DNA of 64,000 nt from assembly GCA_034780895.1 (NCBI GenBank), contig JAUZTB010000048.1:21663019-21727018 (forward strand), in the 5' to 3' direction. Of this stretch, positions 13,860 to 27,049 are shown piece after piece. The notes under the pieces are model-generated. The model saw only the letters and a program-made list of their open reading frames with translations. It had not been told where the DNA came from and made no database searches. The DNA comes from Rhynchobatus australiae (Eukaryota). How positions within the stretch are numbered: the stretch's first letter is position 1; the number at the start of each line of letters is the position of its first letter. The position numbers were made by a program, and so were the translations under genes.

Positions 13860-14860
13860 TACTGGGGATTAGTTACTGGTTTCACTTGAGAAATGGCTGA
13901 CAAACTGAAAATAGAAGAAATAAAAAAGCAATTTCTGGTTTGGGAGTCTGTGATGAATGGGGTGCCACAGGGATCAGTGTTGGGGCCCAAACTGTCATCA
14001 ATGATTTGAATTCAGTGACCAAGTTGGCTGATGATAGAAATCTGCATGGACTGCGAGAAGGATGCAGAAAGTATGTTCTGTGAGGAGGATACAGAAAGAC
14101 TTCAGTAGGATATTGACAGGTTAAGTGTATGGATGAGGATGTGATAGAATATAAACGTGAAAAATGTGAGGCGTGAAAAAAGTAAAGCCAAGTAGTTTAA
14201 GTGGGAAGAGATTGAAAGATGTTGTCTTTCAGAGGGCATGGGTATATTTGAACATGAATCACCTAACATTAACACACAACTAAAGGATGAAATTTTGAAG
14301 ACAAATGGTATATTGACCTTGATTGCAAGAGGAATTGAGTACAAGAATTGAAACTCCGTGCACTAATTACAGTGTCCTGGTGATACCACACCTGGAATAT
14401 TAAAGAGGTCTAGTCTGCCTAACCAAGAAAAGATATACTAATGATAGAGGGAATACAGCAAACCATCAATGGATTGATTCCTACAGTAAGGGCTGTCCCA
14501 ATGAGCTGATTGGATTGGCTTGGCATGGCATGCTCTTTGGCTGAGAAGAATGAAAACCTTATCATTGAAACATCAGAAATGGGGCTTGACATGAAAGATG
14601 CAGGATGTTTCCTCTGGCTGGAGTCCTCTATAACCAGCAGTCAGTGTCTCAAAATAAGGGGTAAAAATTAAGAGACAAAGAAAAAAATTGCTTCACTGGA
14701 GAATTTTGGGAATTTTCTACCTGAGAACTTGGGAGGTTCAGTCACTGAATATATTCGAAACAGCTCAATGCATTTTTCAATATTAAACAAAGCAATGGGC
14801 ACAGGTTTAATGCAACAGATGTCATTTAAATAAAAGAATTGACATGATCTTAGTGGATAG
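13860..14860 (+). mobile_element. Decayed CR1 LINE (RT to 3' UTR)
   Basis: ggggtgccacagggatcagtgttggggcc (GVPQGSVLGP), aagttggctgatgat (KFADD-like), accacacctggaata. Confidence 0.88.
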
Positions 14861-14900
14861 CAGGGTTATGGGGGAAACATGCAAACTCTGCACAAAGAGA

Positions 14901-15123
14901 GGCGGCACGGTAACAATGCAGTTAGCATAATGCTATTACAGTACCGGTGACTGGGATTCAATTCCCACCACTGTCTGTTCGGAGTTTGTACGTTCTGCCC
15001 GTGACTGCGTGGGTTTCCTCCAGGAGCTCCGGTTTCCTCCCACATTCTAAAGATGTACAGGTTAGTAGGTTAACATGGGTGTAACAGGGCTGGAAGGGCC
15101 TGTTACCATGCTGTATAAATAAA
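14901..15123 (+). mobile_element. tRNA-derived V-SINE (HE1-like), near full length
   Basis: Head ggcggcacggt with B-box-like ggattcaattccc; V-domain ggagtttgtacgttct.cccgtgactgcgtgggtttcctcc.gg.gctccggtttcctcccaca; CR1-like tail gggctggaagggcctgtt...gctgtataaataaa. Confidence 0.9.
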
Positions 15124-16653
15124 GTTTCTTTTTAATAAAAGAGATTTGCTTTTTCTTCTCAACTTTGGTGTTTGGTGAAATCCCTAAACAGCCAAAAGTG
15201 GTTGCTGAAGTCGTTCAGGTGGTGGCGGAAATTTAACTGAGAAATCAGGTTCCATTAGTTTCCTAATATTACTATCAGGTGCATAGGAATCAAGAAGATA
15301 CATAGACAATTTGAATGAGAAGGAGAATAAGGAAGGCTCACTCACAACCACCTGNNNNNNNNNNNNNNNNNNNNNNNNNNNNNNNNNNNNNNNNNNNNNN
15401 NNNNNNNNNNNNNNNNNNNNNNNNNNNNNNNNNNNNNNNNNNNNNNNNNNNNNNACAACCACCTGGCATGGGATGTTCAAAATATATGACGCAATAATAT
15501 TGAAACAGGGAAATGGAGAAGTGGTCAATTACATCAAAAGCCACAATGACATCAAGGAAAACAAATTTACAAAGATCACAAAATATCACAAACCACTGAT
15601 CATCCTGTTAACTGAGGAATTGAAATCATTGGACTTGACTTTGAACTTTGCAGTAGACTGGTCCCTTAATGCTGATAAGTTCTCCCTTTTCTTCCAGGTA
15701 ATTCCCTGGTTCTTTCTCGAGTATTCAAATGCTCTTTTTTTTCTTGTAGACAATTAGATGTTGCAAGGACCAGCATATGCTTTCGGGGTGGGAAAATGCA
15801 AATCCAATTGATTTTGGTTCTTAATCAGAACAAGGCTTCTCAGCAGAATTTTAAACTGAGATGATCCATCAGCTGTCTCCAGGAGGCAATAAACAAAAAA
15901 TTATTTTAGATCTTTGTTGAAATGACAGCATATGCTTGTTAACAGTTTAAGCATCAGCAGTCTTAGGACATACCTGTACTGCACTTTAAGCCATTAATAT
16001 TTTGACAAGACGAAATATGAGCCGAGATTAAAGTGATAATTCTACTTCAATGGCAATTGCTTTTATGAAATTATCTATAATTTGTTACATTTAAATGCAA
16101 ATACTCTGAAGGATGAATGATTTAAGGATGAATTTATCCTCCTCTAGAAGGCAGTGTTTGTGGGAGTTATTTATGTTGGAGATTACATTTGTTGCATAAT
16201 TTCCTGACTATTTATACAAATTGTTTTTCGTGCTTTTTATTCCCAAAAATAGTATACACCCAATTAATTTCTACCAATTCTTTCAGATCTTCACAGCATG
16301 GGTTATGGTCGTTTTAAATGTATTAATTTTTCTTGGTTTGGATTCATTTAGTAAGCTACTTTAGATCAATCGATTGACTGATAATCATCTTTTTCCATTC
16401 CCTAAAGGTGAAATGTGGAAGGGCGAAGTGATCCAATTCAGGAATGAAAACCGGAAAACCAAGAGTAAAATAATTGCGTATGGGTCCACTTCAGTCAGTT
16501 TCTGTGTATGCACTTGGACAGCTCTGAAAAATCAATTGCCGATTCAACTGAAATAAAAGAAACACGTTTAATTTTATAGTAACTCACTCCCTTGACATGC
16601 AACATTATTCTTGCCACCCTCCCCAAATGTTTCATAATGAGCAGCTTAAACTA

Positions 16654-16782
16654 CAGATGAAGGGCCTTGACCTGATATGTTGATTGTCCATTTCTCTTCA
16701 TAGATGCTGCCTGACCCACTGAGTTCCTCCAGCTTCCTTTGTGTTGCTGCAGATTCTAGCATCTACAGTCCCTTGTGTCTCC
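16654..16782 (+). mobile_element. Penelope-type pLTR-like short repeat
   Basis: gatgaagggccttgacctgatatgttga...agatgctgcctgacccactgagttcctccagc...gattctagcatctacagtc, an abundant chondrichthyan repeat; related copy at 17063. Confidence 0.7.
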
Positions 16783-17062
16783 GTGGTAAAAATGGGGTTG
16801 TTATGACCAGGAAACTGCAAATGATCACATTGGTGGAAGGCTTGAGAGATGTCATGGATCGAAGTGGGAAAAGTCTAAACCAGGGTAGAAAGAGTCAAGT
16901 CCCAGTGCATCTTTGGTCTCCTACATTGTGCAAACGAAGCTTCAAAGAACAGTATCTCATATTCTGACTTACCACATTCCGACTTACAGTCCTCAGAACT
17001 TAACACTGATTTCAATAATTTCAATAGCAAGACTTTCTCATTCGTATCAGAGCTATCCTATT

Positions 17063-17190
17063 CTGAAGAAAGGTAATCCACGTGCAACATCAACACTGTT
17101 TCTTTCTCCATAGGTGCTGCCTGACCTGTCAAATGATTAGAGCGTTTGCATTTTTGAGATTTACAGCTGCTGCAGTCATTGCTTCTTTTT
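17063..17190 (+). mobile_element. Penelope-type pLTR-like short repeat (older copy)
   Basis: ctgaagaaagg...ctgtttctttctccataggtgctgcctgacctg...gagatttacagctgctgcagt, homologous to the 16654 copy. Confidence 0.6.
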
Positions 17191-18349
17191 GAATGTTCTT
17201 TTTAAGAATCATATCCCTCTTTGCAATTCACCTTAACCCTCCTAGCAGAATTGGCTGTATATAACACCCTTGTACCTATGTGACTATATTTCTTTTTACA
17301 CAGTGATCTACCCTGCCCAATGAACTGCAAAATGCAACTTCAAGTCCAATGATTTTAATTCCTTAGTTAACAAGGCAGTGGGTTTGGGTAGAACACTGGG
17401 GGTAGGGGGTGGGGGTGGGAAAGAAAAAAAATGACTATGATGTACTCCTGTTAACTAGATTAAATCCATCTCAGTGATTTCCTATTTAATAAACAAAAGT
17501 GCAACCAAAGCAATTGTGTAATCTTGAAAATGATAGTTTTTTTTAAAAAAAGCTAATAAAAACTGGAACTCAGAGAAAAACAGCTTAAGTTCAAGATAAA
17601 CTCCTATTTATGACAGCATTACACCAGAAAGCTAAATGCAGCAAAACAAGTGTTTTCATCTTCTGATTCACCATACCAACATAAACATGTGGTTAGCAGG
17701 GATTTTGTCCTAATTTTCCCTTTAAGCACATGAAATCATTTCCATGGCAAAAACTAATTGTATTTCCCTGGCAGCATCAAAAAAATCACCNNNNNNNNNN
17801 NNNNNNNNNNNNNNNNNNNNNNNNNNNNNNNNNNNNNNNNNNNNNNNNNNNNNNNNNNNNNNNNNNNNNNNNNNNNNNNNNNNNNNNNNNNNNNNNNNNN
17901 NNNNNNNNNNNNNNNNNNNNNNNNNNNNNNNNNNNNNNNNNNNNNNNNNNNNNNNNNNNNNNNNNNNNNNNCCATTGTGTACTTCAATTCAGATTTTTTG
18001 TTTAAGTGCTCAACCCCATTCCATCATTTAATTTATCCAATTTCCACCCTATTTTTCAGCCAGCTTTAACTGGAGGAAACTAATTCTGATGAATCAGAAA
18101 TCAAAGAAGTAGTTGTGAAGTACTTGCGATTATTTGGAGGAAGATCATTTTGGTGATGCAGAAAAACAATGATCAGAACAAGCCACAGAATTAACTAAGT
18201 CTGAGATATAACTTACTAAAACAGACATAGGTGTTCAAAGGCACTGAATTTCTACCACATCCTGTTTGCTCACATTTCTTCAACTCTGAGGAAAACAGTT
18301 TGAACATTTCACAGCAGCATCTGACATCAAATTGGTAATGCAACTCAGG

Positions 18350-20108
18350 GCTCATTACAAAACCTGCTATTGGGAAGTGGAGGCAGAACTCATACTAACA
18401 ATACCTTCAGTATCAAAACATCAGAGCCAAAGGATGTGGGCGAGGTACTAAACAAATATTTCACATTGGTATTCACCAAAGAGAAGGACATGGAGGATAA
18501 CAAGATCAGGGCATGTTGATATCAAGGTGGTAGTGGTCTTGGGACTCTTGAAGAACATTGAAGTGGGTAAGTTCCAAGACCTGATAGGATCTATCCCAGG
18601 TTATTGAGAAGAGGGAAGAGATTGTTAGAGCTTCAACTGAGATCTTTATATCCTCATTAAGACAGGCAAGGGCCCACAGGACTGGAACATAATCAATGTT
18701 GTTCTCTGTTTGAGGATGACAATAGGGAGAAACTAAAAAAATTATAGGCCAGTGAGCCCTACATCAGTGGTTGGGAAATTATTGTTGAAGATACTTAGGG
18801 ATAGTATCTACTCCCATTTGGAAAAGCACAGACTTGTCAGAAATAATGACTATGGTTTTGTGTAGGTGGAGATCATGTCTTATAAACGTAATTACATTTT
18901 TTTTGAGATGATGATGAAGATGGTAGTTGAGGGTAGGGCAGTGGATGTTGTATGCATGGACTTCAGTAAAGCTTTAAGCAAGACCTCTCATAGTAGGCTG
19001 ATCCATTAGATTAAGAGCACAAGGGAGACTTGATGGATTGGATTCAAAATTGGTTTGGCCATTGAAGACAGAGGGTAGTGTAGTGGTGTGCTATTCTGAC
19101 TGGAGGTCTGTGACCAGTGGTGTTCCACAGGGATCTGTGCTGGGACCTCTGTTGTTTATATATTTGGACAAAAATGTAGGTGGACTGATTACTAACTTTG
19201 CAGATAACTGGCAGATTTGTGGACAGTGAGGAAGGTTGACAGAGGATTCAACAGGAAGACAGGTCAGCTGGCAATGAGCAGAGAAATGGCAGGTGGAGTT
19301 AGAATACAACAAGTACAAGGTGTTGCACTTTGAGAGATCAAATGTACGAGAAAATTACACAGTAAGTGGCAGGACCCTGAAGAGCACTGATGTACAGAGG
19401 AATTTTGGTATGCAAGTCCATAGTTCCCTGAAACAGACAACACAGGTAGCTATGGTAGTAAAGGCAGCATACAGCACAGTTACTTTCATTGGTCTGGGTG
19501 TTGAGAATAAGAGACAGAAAGTCTCTTTTGTGTATAAAAGGTGCATAAAGCTTGAATGAGGCCACATCTGGAGTATTGGATACAGTTCTGCTTGCTGCAT
19601 TACAAGAAGGATGTGGACATTTTGAAGAGGGTGCAGAAGACATTCACCAGGATGTTGCCTGGATTAGATCAGACCTACAACAGGAGAGGTTTAACTGATT
19701 TGGACTTTTCCTCTGAAGCGTCAGAGGCTGAGGGGCAATCTGATAGAAGTACATCAGACAATGGAAGACATAGATAGGGTAGGATAATCACAGTCTTCTG
19801 TTTGAGGGTGGAAATGTCAAATATGCCAATACTACAGTTTTTGTGGGTGTGGGGGGAGTTTAAAGGAGATTTGCAAAGCAAGCTTTTATTTTGTATGCAT
19901 AGAGAGTGGTTGGTGATTGGAACTCACTGACGGGGGAAATGGAGGAGACAGATGTGATAGTGCTGTAAAAGAGAAGTTTACACAGGCACATGAACAGGCA
20001 GGGAATGGAGAGATATGAAACACGTGCAGGCAGGTGGAATTATCTTAGGCTGGCAAAGTGGTCAGCACGGACATCGTGGGCTGAAGGGCCTGCTCCGATG
20101 CTGTAGAT
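18350..20108 (+). mobile_element. Decayed CR1 LINE (ORF2 RT plus 3' UTR)
   Basis: Peptides SDWRSVTSGVPQGSVLGPLLF..NFAD, KYKVLHF, RPHLEYWIQF..RVQKTFTRMLPGL; tail gtgggctgaagggcctgctccgatgctgta. Confidence 0.93.
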
Positions 20109-22734
20109 TTATTGATGGCAGAACAAACAGGTAGAATTATTTACGTGTCATGTTCAAATTGATAATGATGATTCTAAATTAAGAAAATCTTCACTACAAT
20201 ACTGAAAAAGCAAACAAATCTCATACCACTTGAGATATGGCACCAGTGTTCAATTGATTCATTGCTGCATCCTACACCTTTGTCTGAAGAGCTTGGAAAG
20301 GTCAAGGTCTTTACCAGACTTCAGTACTGATATAGTTTATAGTACGTTTTGGAGGATATTAAATCAAGATCCAGCTAAGTTTAAAACAATGCTATTTAAA
20401 GAGCAACAGAGATTCACCAACATCTACGGTATATCAGTGCAGACCAGCACTAAAAATAATCTGATTTGTCATCCTTCTCTCTAATACTTTGAAATATCAC
20501 ATTGGCTTCTGCGTCTGAATTTCAAAATCTGTTGTTGAATCTGCAATGTTTTGGCACATACTTAGCCATATGTTCCCCTGATCCCAGCCTCATTGTGCTA
20601 CCAAATCGGGAAACAGTTACAGGGAATGTGCCATACGCTATTTTTCAGAAGGATCTTGTTCCCAAAACACTGGCCTTCCATGACTGGAGATACTCGTGAC
20701 TGATATGGTTACAGCACTTTAACCTAATTCTACCCAACTTGGAGAATGACTGATTCTAATATCTCATTGGTTCAAATATGGAGTCCCCTTGAGGAAATTC
20801 AGTGTCACAAAGCTGCTCGATTATAAACATCAATCTCCAGTTAGAGGTAAAGAGGGCATTATTGCTTCACACCCACAACCTGAAAATGCAGGAGACCAGC
20901 AATCCCGGCATGTGTGTTATATGTTCTAATTCCCACAGAGGTCATTACAACTTCAAAAGGAAAAGTGTTCATTTGTCTGAAATATTAACCACACCACTCA
21001 GGAACTTGCTTCAGACTGCTCACGTGAGTCTCAACTGTAGCATCAACAACAAGCAGCTGTATTATTTAAGTTCAGGTATTGAATACTGAATTCAACTTAA
21101 TCCTTAAGGAGCCAAATGCTAACTTTAGCCAGAAAGACAAACACTCCATGGCTATATAATGTTTTTTTTATTGGAAAGAACATTTCAGCTGGCAATTATT
21201 ACGTGTATACTTGTTATCATGAAAGAAGAAATGGGTGTTCCTGTCAATGCTCCACCCAAAAGTATTCAAAGTGATTTTTCCATATCATGCTTTACTTGTG
21301 ATTGGATTTCTTAAACAGAGACAAAATTAAATCTTTCTAAGAACAGTCCACAAAATACTGAGCCCCACTTTGGTACAACAGCTTGATGTGTCGTGTTTCC
21401 CTTCCAATTAAGCACAAAACAAACAGCACTAACTGCAGACAATTCAAACTAATCTGAATACAACACCAATCCTGAATATATTGCTTTCTAAACTCTACAC
21501 ATCATCGGTATATTGGAGATTAAATTAAAACAAAGTTATCAGATCTCCTGTTCTGACGTTGACAATAAAAGACTGGCGAACAATAGACAGGAAAGCAAAT
21601 TAAACAATGCAGTCATGCATTTACTGTAATGACTTAAAATTTGCATCTGCTAAGTACAAACTCGAGCACCAATTATTATGTGATGATCCATCTGTTGAAT
21701 GAAAGTCAACTATAAAATATTTTCCTCCATTTTACGAGTTNNNNNNNNNNNNNNNNNNNNNNNNNNNNNNNNNNNNNAGCACAATATGTGATAAAAACAA
21801 CTTAAAATCCATTTAGAATAGAAATTTGTTTACATTGTGCAAACAAATTCTACAGGAAATGCTGAAGGAAAAATCTGAACATATGGCAGAGATAAAGTAC
21901 AGCTGTGAACAATACGTATTTGATGCAGTCTGAATGAAAAAAAACAAAATTCCAAAAGTCACTTCAAAGGCAATTTCATAATATAAACTTGGTCCATAGA
22001 ATCAGCTGAAGGGAGTAACTCAGTGTCGCGGACTTGTAAATTAGGCATCCTTGCCTGCTCAGCATTTAGCAGACTGATTTATTTTTAGATGCAGACAACT
22101 CTTGAACAATGGTTATTGTTCAACATTTAAAGAGGAAAATTACATTCATATTACACAACTTCCTCACAATTACTGTACTCAATTTAGTATATACAATACA
22201 AAATGTAAACAGATGCTTATCTTGGGTAGAATTGCTTTGGTGTGTAACACACATTAGCAGAGCAAGATAAATGAATTGTCTTACCTAACTGCACTAAATT
22301 GCAAAATTGATGTGCAAATGCTGACAACAGCTTCATTACTGGGCTTGAGTTATAAACCATCACTCAAATCAGAATCATCTGAACCAAAGACCAACTTGAA
22401 TTTGCTATTTTGAAACATGATCAAAATAATTCCACTCTGCCTCCATTTTGATCACATTTATGCTGTTCTTTCCATCTTAAATGACAAATTTACTTGTGCT
22501 ACTACGTTGAATGAGTCCACGTATTTTGAGAACCAGTTAGTTTTCAGCTGTATTAAATTTAAAATTGTTAACAGATTGCACACATCTCAAGCTGTTGACA
22601 TCAAAATCAAGATTGCTATTTGGAATTTATCCAGCAATGAGGCAATACAACACTCACCCAATTTTTAAGTCTCTAAAATTCAAGAGCGATAATTCCACAA
22701 ACACAAAATAGAAAACAAATTCAATTTAAATGGT

Positions 22735-23295
22735 GTATATACAATAACTTTGTGCTTAACAAAAGTGCTTCACAGGAGCATTATCAATCAAAATAAAATG
22801 GACAACAAATCAGAGAAGAACATATTGTAATGCATGACCAAAACTATGATCAAGGACGAAGGCTTTAAAGAGCATCTTAAAGAGGAAGAGAGGATAAGAG
22901 TTGGAATTCCATATCTAGGGACTTGGCAGCTGAAAGCAGAGATACCAATGGTGTAGTGATTTAATTTGGGAGTGCTAGAAGCCTTTGTTGGTGCAGATAT
23001 CTTAAAAGCTTACAGGGCTGGAAGAGATTACAAAGAAGTGAAAGGAGTAAGAGCACGGTTGAATGAGGGACTGTTTAAATCAGGAGCCAGAGGTTAACAA
23101 GCTCAGGGTACTGAACCAAAGAAATTTGGTGCAAGATTGGGCACAGTATGTGGAGTTCACCGAGAACTGAATGCAGGTGGCCAGTCAGAAGTGCACTGGA
23201 TGGCCTTAAGGCAAGGAGGAAGTTTCACAAGATCAACAGAGGCAGGGATGTGATCAGGCAAGGTTAAGGTAGTGGAATTTGTCAGTCTTACAATG
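22735..23295 (-). mobile_element. Old L2-like LINE 3' region
   Basis: caaaagtgcttcacaggagc and agcatcttaaagaggaagagagg...ttccatatctagggacttggcagctgaaagc resemble reverse L2 3' ends; recalled similarity only. Confidence 0.5.
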
Positions 23296-23374
23296 GCATA
23301 GATTTGAGACACGAAACTCAATTTGGGGGTCCACAATGACACGGGAGCCATCCTCAAGCTCCCAGCCAAGTCAC

Positions 23375-23545
23375 ACAGCTTCCTGACTTGGAAATGATTT
23401 CCCACTCCTTCATTAGCACCAAGTCAAAATCCTGGAACTCTTATTTCCTGACTGATTACAATTGGTCAAGGCACATCGTCAAGGGCAATTGGAGATGGCC
23501 ACTAAGTGCAGAGCTTGCCAGCAATCCCTTTTTCCAAGAATAAGG
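23375..23545 (+). mobile_element. 3' end of a second CR1/L2-clade LINE family
   Basis: tcaaaatcctggaactc...aagggcaattggagatggcca...ttgccagc; homologous to 47560-47710 (aaggacaattagagatggacca). Confidence 0.6.
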
Positions 23546-24859
23546 ATGAGTACAAAATAGTGAGCACGTGCATCATTTCATAAGAAGTTGCAAATCAAAT
23601 TGCAGCCTTCAAATAATTTTCATTAAAAATTAGCAGCACTGATAAGGCAGGGCGTACAAAGTAATTATCTGTTTGGAAGTAAACTGCCACTTTCAAATTG
23701 CTGAAAATGCACCATTCCATTGGAATAAATAGCTGCATTTTGCATCCTGTCAAGGCCTCCGGGAAGAAAACAAGTGCCAGCTGATGAACAGCATATGAAT
23801 GGAATACATTGAATTTACAGCACACAAACAGGCTCTTCTGACCAACTGCTGTGAGCTGGTGTTAATGCTCCATACTAATCTCCTTCCACTCTATTTCATT
23901 CTTAATATCTTTCAGTAACACGCGCTTGCTCGTTTCTCTTGAAATAATTCAAGTCAACTACTCCCTGTTCTATCAATTTCCATGTTCTAACTGGTCTCTT
24001 GGTAACATCTCTCCTGCATTTTCTATTGGCTCTTAATTGTGGCCTCCTGTTATGCTGTACCAACAGATAAAAATAACATTTCCACACTCACCCAGTGAAG
24101 TCTCTTTAAAACTCTTAGAGGAATACTAAAGTAATAATGAAACAAAACTCAGCCTTCACGTGATGAGATTAGCAAATCACCAACCTGAACAAACTTTTTT
24201 CATTTTTTAGAATCTCTCTTGATTTTACTTTCCCTTGCAATCTTTTTCTTTACATGTTTTGTATTTTTAAAAAATCAAAATCATTTTTGTTTTGTAATGA
24301 CTAAAACTGTAAAATTTAACTGATCAAACAGTCCTTCCTTTCAAATTCAACATGACTGTGCNNNNNNNNNNNNNNNNNNNNNNNNNNNNNNNNNNNNNNN
24401 NNNNNNNNNNNNNNNNNNNNNNTTTTAGACTTTTTAAATACACCATCTTCTAATGATATCAGCATTAGTATTCCCCCCACCCCCAATTCCTTTTGCTCCT
24501 CTTAATATCTGGACTCTTTCTTTGCATGAAAGATTTAGCCTTGTACTCCAATCAAAGTGTATCTTCTTGCACTGACCTTCATGTAAATATTTTATTTTCT
24601 ATTTGCATACCTTGCACTATCTTGCATTTTGTTGCAGGATGAAATACCCTCTCCAAATTAGCATTGCTGCAAATATTGAAATCATTCCCCAATTCCTTTT
24701 TGAAATGGTTTACGGCAGCTGTTTCAGCTGAGACTCCCCAAGTTGGGACTGTTATAGTCCTTTAACTCCCATTCTGTTTATTGCTTCCTAGCTTTCCTTC
24801 TACATTTCCTCTAAATCCAATCAAATTTACTTCAGTTAATAAGCCATAATGCTGTATCT

Positions 24860-25720
24860 TCTGGAAGGCCAGAATCAAAATTTGCTGGTGTGCATTTCTA
24901 CTGCTATTGATGGCCCACAGCCCTTCACAGATTCCCTGTTTTGAGCTGTGGGTATTTAGCCCACTTGTGCTGCCACACACCCAAGAGGCTGAAAACAGAA
25001 CCTTCCCCACAAGGTCTATGAAGAAAATCACATCTATCATCCTTTTGTGGACAAATGCATCTGCCGAAGGTGGATTAGCAAGGACATGGTCAACCAAGTT
25101 TTTCCCTCATGTTGATTGACTTACTACTTACCACAAACACACAGTGTGCCATGTCCTTTAGGACTCTGCCAACTTCATCTATGACAGTTCTACCAAGCCA
25201 TTCCTGGTGATGGATAATGAAATCCCCCACCCAAAATACATTCTGTTCAGAGTACAGTCTGTGCTACTTTCAGTATTTCCTCCAAGTGTTTTTCCCCATA
25301 GAGTGGCACAGGTACATCAGCTAAAGGAAGATAGTAAATGCTAATTAGGCTTCTTTGCGCTTTTCTGTTCTGATGTATTGAAACATCATATGGACTGGTA
25401 ACAAATGCTCAGAACTCTCCCATGGCTTCTCTGCCCCAATTCCACCAACTTCAGTGGTCGTCCTACTCAGGAGATGAGATGAAGCAGGGATACTGATGGA
25501 GATTGCCACATTATTTGTTAGGTAGGACTCAGTGTATGAATTGCTCAACCTGCTTGTGGAACAGCTCTCCCAACCTGGACATCAGTTCCTTGACTTCAGA
25601 GATACGATTTTGCAAAATTAAACAGGACTGGAAGTAGCTTAACACTATCTGATTTGGTGCCAAGTCAACATGGGAAGTCCATCCAGTTTTATTCATTTAG
25701 TTGTAGTACAACCAAATCTC
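24860..25720 (-). mobile_element. Decayed LINE fragment (endonuclease region, second family)
   Basis: aaatcccccacccaaaatacatt (reverse NVFWVGDF-like APE motif) and gcttgtggaacagctctccca. Confidence 0.5.
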
Positions 25721-27049
25721 TTGCAATTCCATATTGGAGTCACTCACATCACTATGTGCTGAGCCATATCTGACACGTATTCCATGGGGCTCAAACCAGA
25801 GCATACGCACACACACATTTTAAAAAAATTACAAGATCAGAGATTACACACCAAGATTCCTTAAGAATCTACATTAAACTTATAAAACAGGGTGTGGATT
25901 AAACTGCATGGATAATGGTTACACAAGTCTACTTGGTATGTAATTTTTGGTCAACCAACCATTTTAGTTACAAAGCATTCATACAAGTATTAATCATAGC
26001 AAACACACAAATAAAATTAAGGGTCAGCAGATAGGACTCTTCAATCTTGTTGCTTGGGAACTGATTACTTCTGTGGATAACACTTTAATTTCCTATTGAT
26101 GTACATATATCAAATACATCTCAACCAGAATGGACTAATTTTCAGTGCCATAACTGTTAATTATGATACCAATTTAACTTTGTAGGTCAAAAATACCTGA
26201 ATGCATTTTACAAAAATGCTCATTTGCTAAGATCCAACAATATAGCTTACATTAAGCAACTTCAAGCAATATTTTGAAAAACTAGAGGGCAGCAATTCCT
26301 TTTGTTCTGATGTATTTTCAACTACAAAATATCACAGAGCAACCCTTGTGCACCTAACAAATTTATAGCTACAATATAATTGCAGTAAAAATTATGAAGG
26401 CACTGAGCCCTAAGTTTTATTCCAGTGGCATTTACTTTTTGTTTTATATTGATACAATATTCAGATCCTCTATAGGACGCGCAATTTTGAAAACAACATA
26501 GTAACACTGCAGACTGGGACATGTTTCCATTCACTGTGAATTGAGTTGGTAGACTTTCCAGTTGTAGCTTCTGCTGCAGCCATTTAATCTTTTCACATAA
26601 TTATGTGCAACACGTCAACAATAATTTTAAACATGATCATGGCTTGGTTTATCATAAGCAAAAATCAGACCTCAAGAATTAGAGGAATCCAGGTTGAACA
26701 GATCCCACTCCCAACAGATACAATTGCAATGGCAGCTGCCTGAAAGCAGAGACTGATCTTAACTCCATCACCTCAAGGTGAGTCCAGGTTCCACCTTCAC
26801 TATTGTTAACCAAGAAACAAGGAACACATTGAAGTATTCACAAGGAGAATTGGGGCCACATGTTCAAAAGCAATAGAAAAGGGGAAAATTAAAGCAACAA
26901 TGAAGTTGGCAAAATGCTCAAATTAGCACAAAATATCACTCATTGAAGAGTGAATAAGTGAAACCACTTATGACACCAAAACAAATTCTGGGGTTCACTA
27001 ATACAAAAGCAACTTGACATGATACAAAAGATAGCCTACCTACGTTGAA

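Noticed and set aside
14901-14970. tRNA gene
   Set aside because: The tRNA-like head runs directly into a V-domain and LINE tail, and there is no intact cloverleaf; it is a SINE.
15796-16102. Pair of octamer motifs (ATGCAAAT)
   Set aside because: The same 8-mer recurs many times in this AT-rich window (e.g. about 8120, 28780, 35124, 37319), so it is not informative.
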